64,000 nucleotides of DNA, taken from the IMG/VR virus record IMGVR_UViG_3300044648_000206, positions 8,265 to 72,264 of that record; one strand, 5' to 3'. Below the pieces are notes generated by a model that saw only the letters and a program-made list of their open reading frames with translations, was not told the DNA's origin and made no database searches. Of this stretch, positions 62,701 through 64,000 are shown one piece after another. How positions within the stretch are numbered: position 1 is the stretch's first letter; each line of letters begins with the position of its first letter. The position numbers were made by a program, and so were the translations under genes. The DNA is from a virus.

Positions 62701-64000
62701 GCAGCGCCTGGTCGCCGGTGCCCGGGACCTCGTAGCTGGTGTTCCACTCGATCGCGCCGATGTTGATCGTGTTGCGCACGCTCGGCGCACCGCCGGACGC
62801 GGTGCCGGCGACGTCGACCCGGACCGTGCTGGCACCCATCGAGGCGGCGTCGAAGGTGACCGAGACGACCTGGGTCTGGCTGGTGACGTTGACCGACCCG
62901 CTGGAGGCGATCACCGTGCCGTCCGGATCGGTGACCGTGACGTTGACGGTCGGGGTGCCGGTCTGGCTCGGGTCGAACTCCATGACCAGGACCCGGACTT
63001 CCTGCAGCCCGGTGCCGTCCTTGAGCGGGAGAGTCGGGGTGGCCATCTCGGCGATGGCCTGGACGCTGACGTTGTTGCTCGACGCGAGCAGCCAGTTGCC
63101 GTCCGGGGAGTCCGGGTCGTCGTCGATGTCGGTGACCGAGCCGCTCAGCTCGGTCTGGCTGATGATCGAAGACGGCGCCAGCCGCTCGCTGCCCGAGGAG
63201 GGCGGGCTGGCGCTGGAGGCGATCTGCAACGTCTTGCGCTTGGCCCGGGTCAGCCCCAGTGAGCTGTCGGTCTCAGTGGCCAGGCCGAGGGTCTTGACCT
63301 TGCGCTGGGTGATGGGGTCGGGCGACCAGAACTCGATCGAGTCCAGGGTCATGTTCGAGATCTCGTCGAACAAGATGCCCCGGTCGCTGCGAATGGCGCC
63401 CAGCGCGGTGAAGTCGTAGGAGTTGCCGAGGCTGTCGCTCACGACGTTGCCCAGCGCGGTCACCGTCAGCTCGCGGAACCCGCCCGAGGCCGCCGGCAGC
63501 GCAACCGTCCAGAGCGTCGTGCTGGTCGTGCCGACCTTGTGGATCACTGAGTAGTCGACGTCAGTGATCAGCGCCGCGAGGTAGGAGCCGGTCGAGCCGG
63601 TGCCATCCACCCGCAGCATCAGGTCGAGCAGCCCACCACTGACCTCGATCCAGCGCAGTCGAGCACTGACGTCGTCCATCCGCAACGAGGTGCGGTACGG
63701 CCCGGGGCCGACGAAGGCGAGGCTGCCATCGCCGACCAGCGAGTCATCAGAGATCCCGCCGTTGTAGTCCACCGACCAGGTGAGCCCCTCGGCCTCGCGC
63801 CCGTTGAGGCTGTAGCCGGACTGAGCGCCACCAGTGAAGGTGTCGATGGCCCGCTTCGGCGCATCGCTCTCAACGACCAGGCCGAGGGTCTTGGTCTTGC
63901 GTCGGCTGAGCGCGAAGGCGCTGTCGGCCTCGGTTGCCAGGCCGATCGGCACGACCGTGTCGCCGCCGCCCTGGACAGCGGTGATGACCAGCGGCGAGTC
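59747..64000 (-). CDS. long repeat-containing tail fibre/virion protein (5' end beyond window)
   Basis: Frame open to the window edge; dozens of ~20-aa LG(L/Q)ATE(T/S)DxAxxLTRxKx(K/R)T repeats with inserted beta domains. Confidence 0.75.
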   Translation of the reverse strand, partial: DSPLVITAVQGGGDTVVPIGLATEADSAFALSRRKTKTLGLVVESDAPKRAIDTFTGGAQSGYSLNGREAEGLTWSVDYNGGISDDSLVGDGSLAFVGPGPYRTSLRMDDVSARLRWIEVSGGLLDLMLRVDGTGSTGSYLAALITDVDYSVIHKVGTTSTTLWTVALPAASGGFRELTVTALGNVVSDSLGNSYDFTALGAIRSDRGILFDEISNMTLDSIEFWSPDPITQRKVKTLGLATETDSSLGLTRAKRKTLQIASSASPPSSGSERLAPSSIISQTELSGSVTDIDDDPDSPDGNWLLASSNNVSVQAIAEMATPTLPLKDGTGLQEVRVLVMEFDPSQTGTPTVNVTVTDPDGTVIASSGSVNVTSQTQVVSVTFDAASMGASTVRVDVAGTASGGAPSVRNTINIGAIEWNTSYEVPGTGDQALPMTVKFVQAAVIGPGTETNEAFTLTRAKTRTLGIATETDASLGITRATPSLGLGSETDEAFALARVKVKTLGLATDAVPASTSDFTGSDGAAWPGDWTASTRTSGSQTIQGNKGRLAISTSSFSHSKAVLNTPHPVGSAELSLDFTLSDTSVSLAQLGIYLGADGAWEDLASIPVRTDVAGLHLRVNMSGNIIFGLRVDGINLLTSSSVASGTGALVASTLYRVRFRAVESADHYHAWAKVWDAGGAEPADWHTWKITKAFWSAFNTMVPLQDQAALVLASSGTTALHAEFDNVVVGPFSGPLPLVTVKRRELGLATEADAPQPLTRVKVVTLGLATESDSALSVTRRKVATLGIATETDAPLAITRAKTWTLGLASETDASLGVAEPGQTIVPIGLATESDSGFALARRKTKTLGQASESDTSQAITRQKVRALGQAVEVDQGVTVTRRKVRALGLATETNTPLTLTKVDPILRVLGQASSTQTPLATTRRKVRTLGLATVTGTPLALSRRKTRALGLASSTNTSLGISEPGTQFVAIGLATATHTALAPTRRKVRTLGLPSSISTAQPLSRRKVKTLGLATSTSTVLALTKRKIKALTQPSSTNSALALTKVDPILRVLGQGSETDSGLAVTRIKRRTMALPAETEFAQPLARRKTKALTQPSESDVALPLGQVTAIPIGLATSSNTGQPITRRKVKTLGLVTEADSALATSRRKTRALGLPTEADTAQVFTRRSVTALSLATEIDAGQALTDVKRRALGLTSESDSSSPLARRKVKTLGLATETDQAQVLTIFDPGLTIRNIGPAVESDTGQPINRVKRKTLGLATDASSALALTRISLRILGQPSETDLARPIDDRDTRLVGFGTEEDTAQPTNRVKRKTLGQATETGVVLGVQRVHQHTLGQLVETEQAQALSKLKQMGLGQPFELDTPITVVNASSYRDVSLRISRGRQHKMFVRVAGAKTMVVGPDGHQLNVSPEET

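Noticed and set aside
59747-64000. Periodic ~60-bp DNA repeats as a CRISPR array or DGR
   Set aside because: Repeats are in-frame, codon-degenerate and lack unique spacers; no cas or reverse transcriptase gene in the window.

Overview
A 64 kb slice of a high-GC tailed phage of Actinomycetota (siphovirus-like; it encodes WhiB and DivIVA-domain proteins). No integrase or host flank is visible. 1-2719 (minus): primase and DnaB-like helicase. 2720-3500: non-coding region with actinobacterial DnaA boxes. 3531-20669 (plus): early/accessory arm driven by two near-identical sigma-A-type promoters. It encodes a ParB-like protein, a DivIVA-domain protein, a small GG-terminated ubiquitin-like protein with two paralogous Cys-containing partners, RtcB, a Zn-finger protein plus M28-like peptidase, and many small ORFs separated by strong hairpins. 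20875-64000 (minus): virion and lysis arm with tape measure, frameshifted tail chaperone, tail tube, head-tail genes, capsid, scaffold, XkdF-like protease, MuF fusion, portal, TerL, holin/endolysin, tRNA-Trp, tRNA-Phe, a phosphoesterase, displaced tail-tip genes, TerS-like HTH, WhiB, RuvC and a long repeat fibre. Best candidates for undescribed biology: (1) the Ubl(GG) plus twin Cys-protein cassette; (2) a split prohead protease with about 10 kb of putative head-cargo polyproteins carrying a recurring phi-x-K|A/S/R motif, tandem DLF motifs and a dead JAB domain; (3) a six-copy GAC-N8-(-10) late promoter; (4) a tRNA-like ncRNA next to two tRNAs with opened anticodon stems. All calls come from manual motif reading; no database searches were run.
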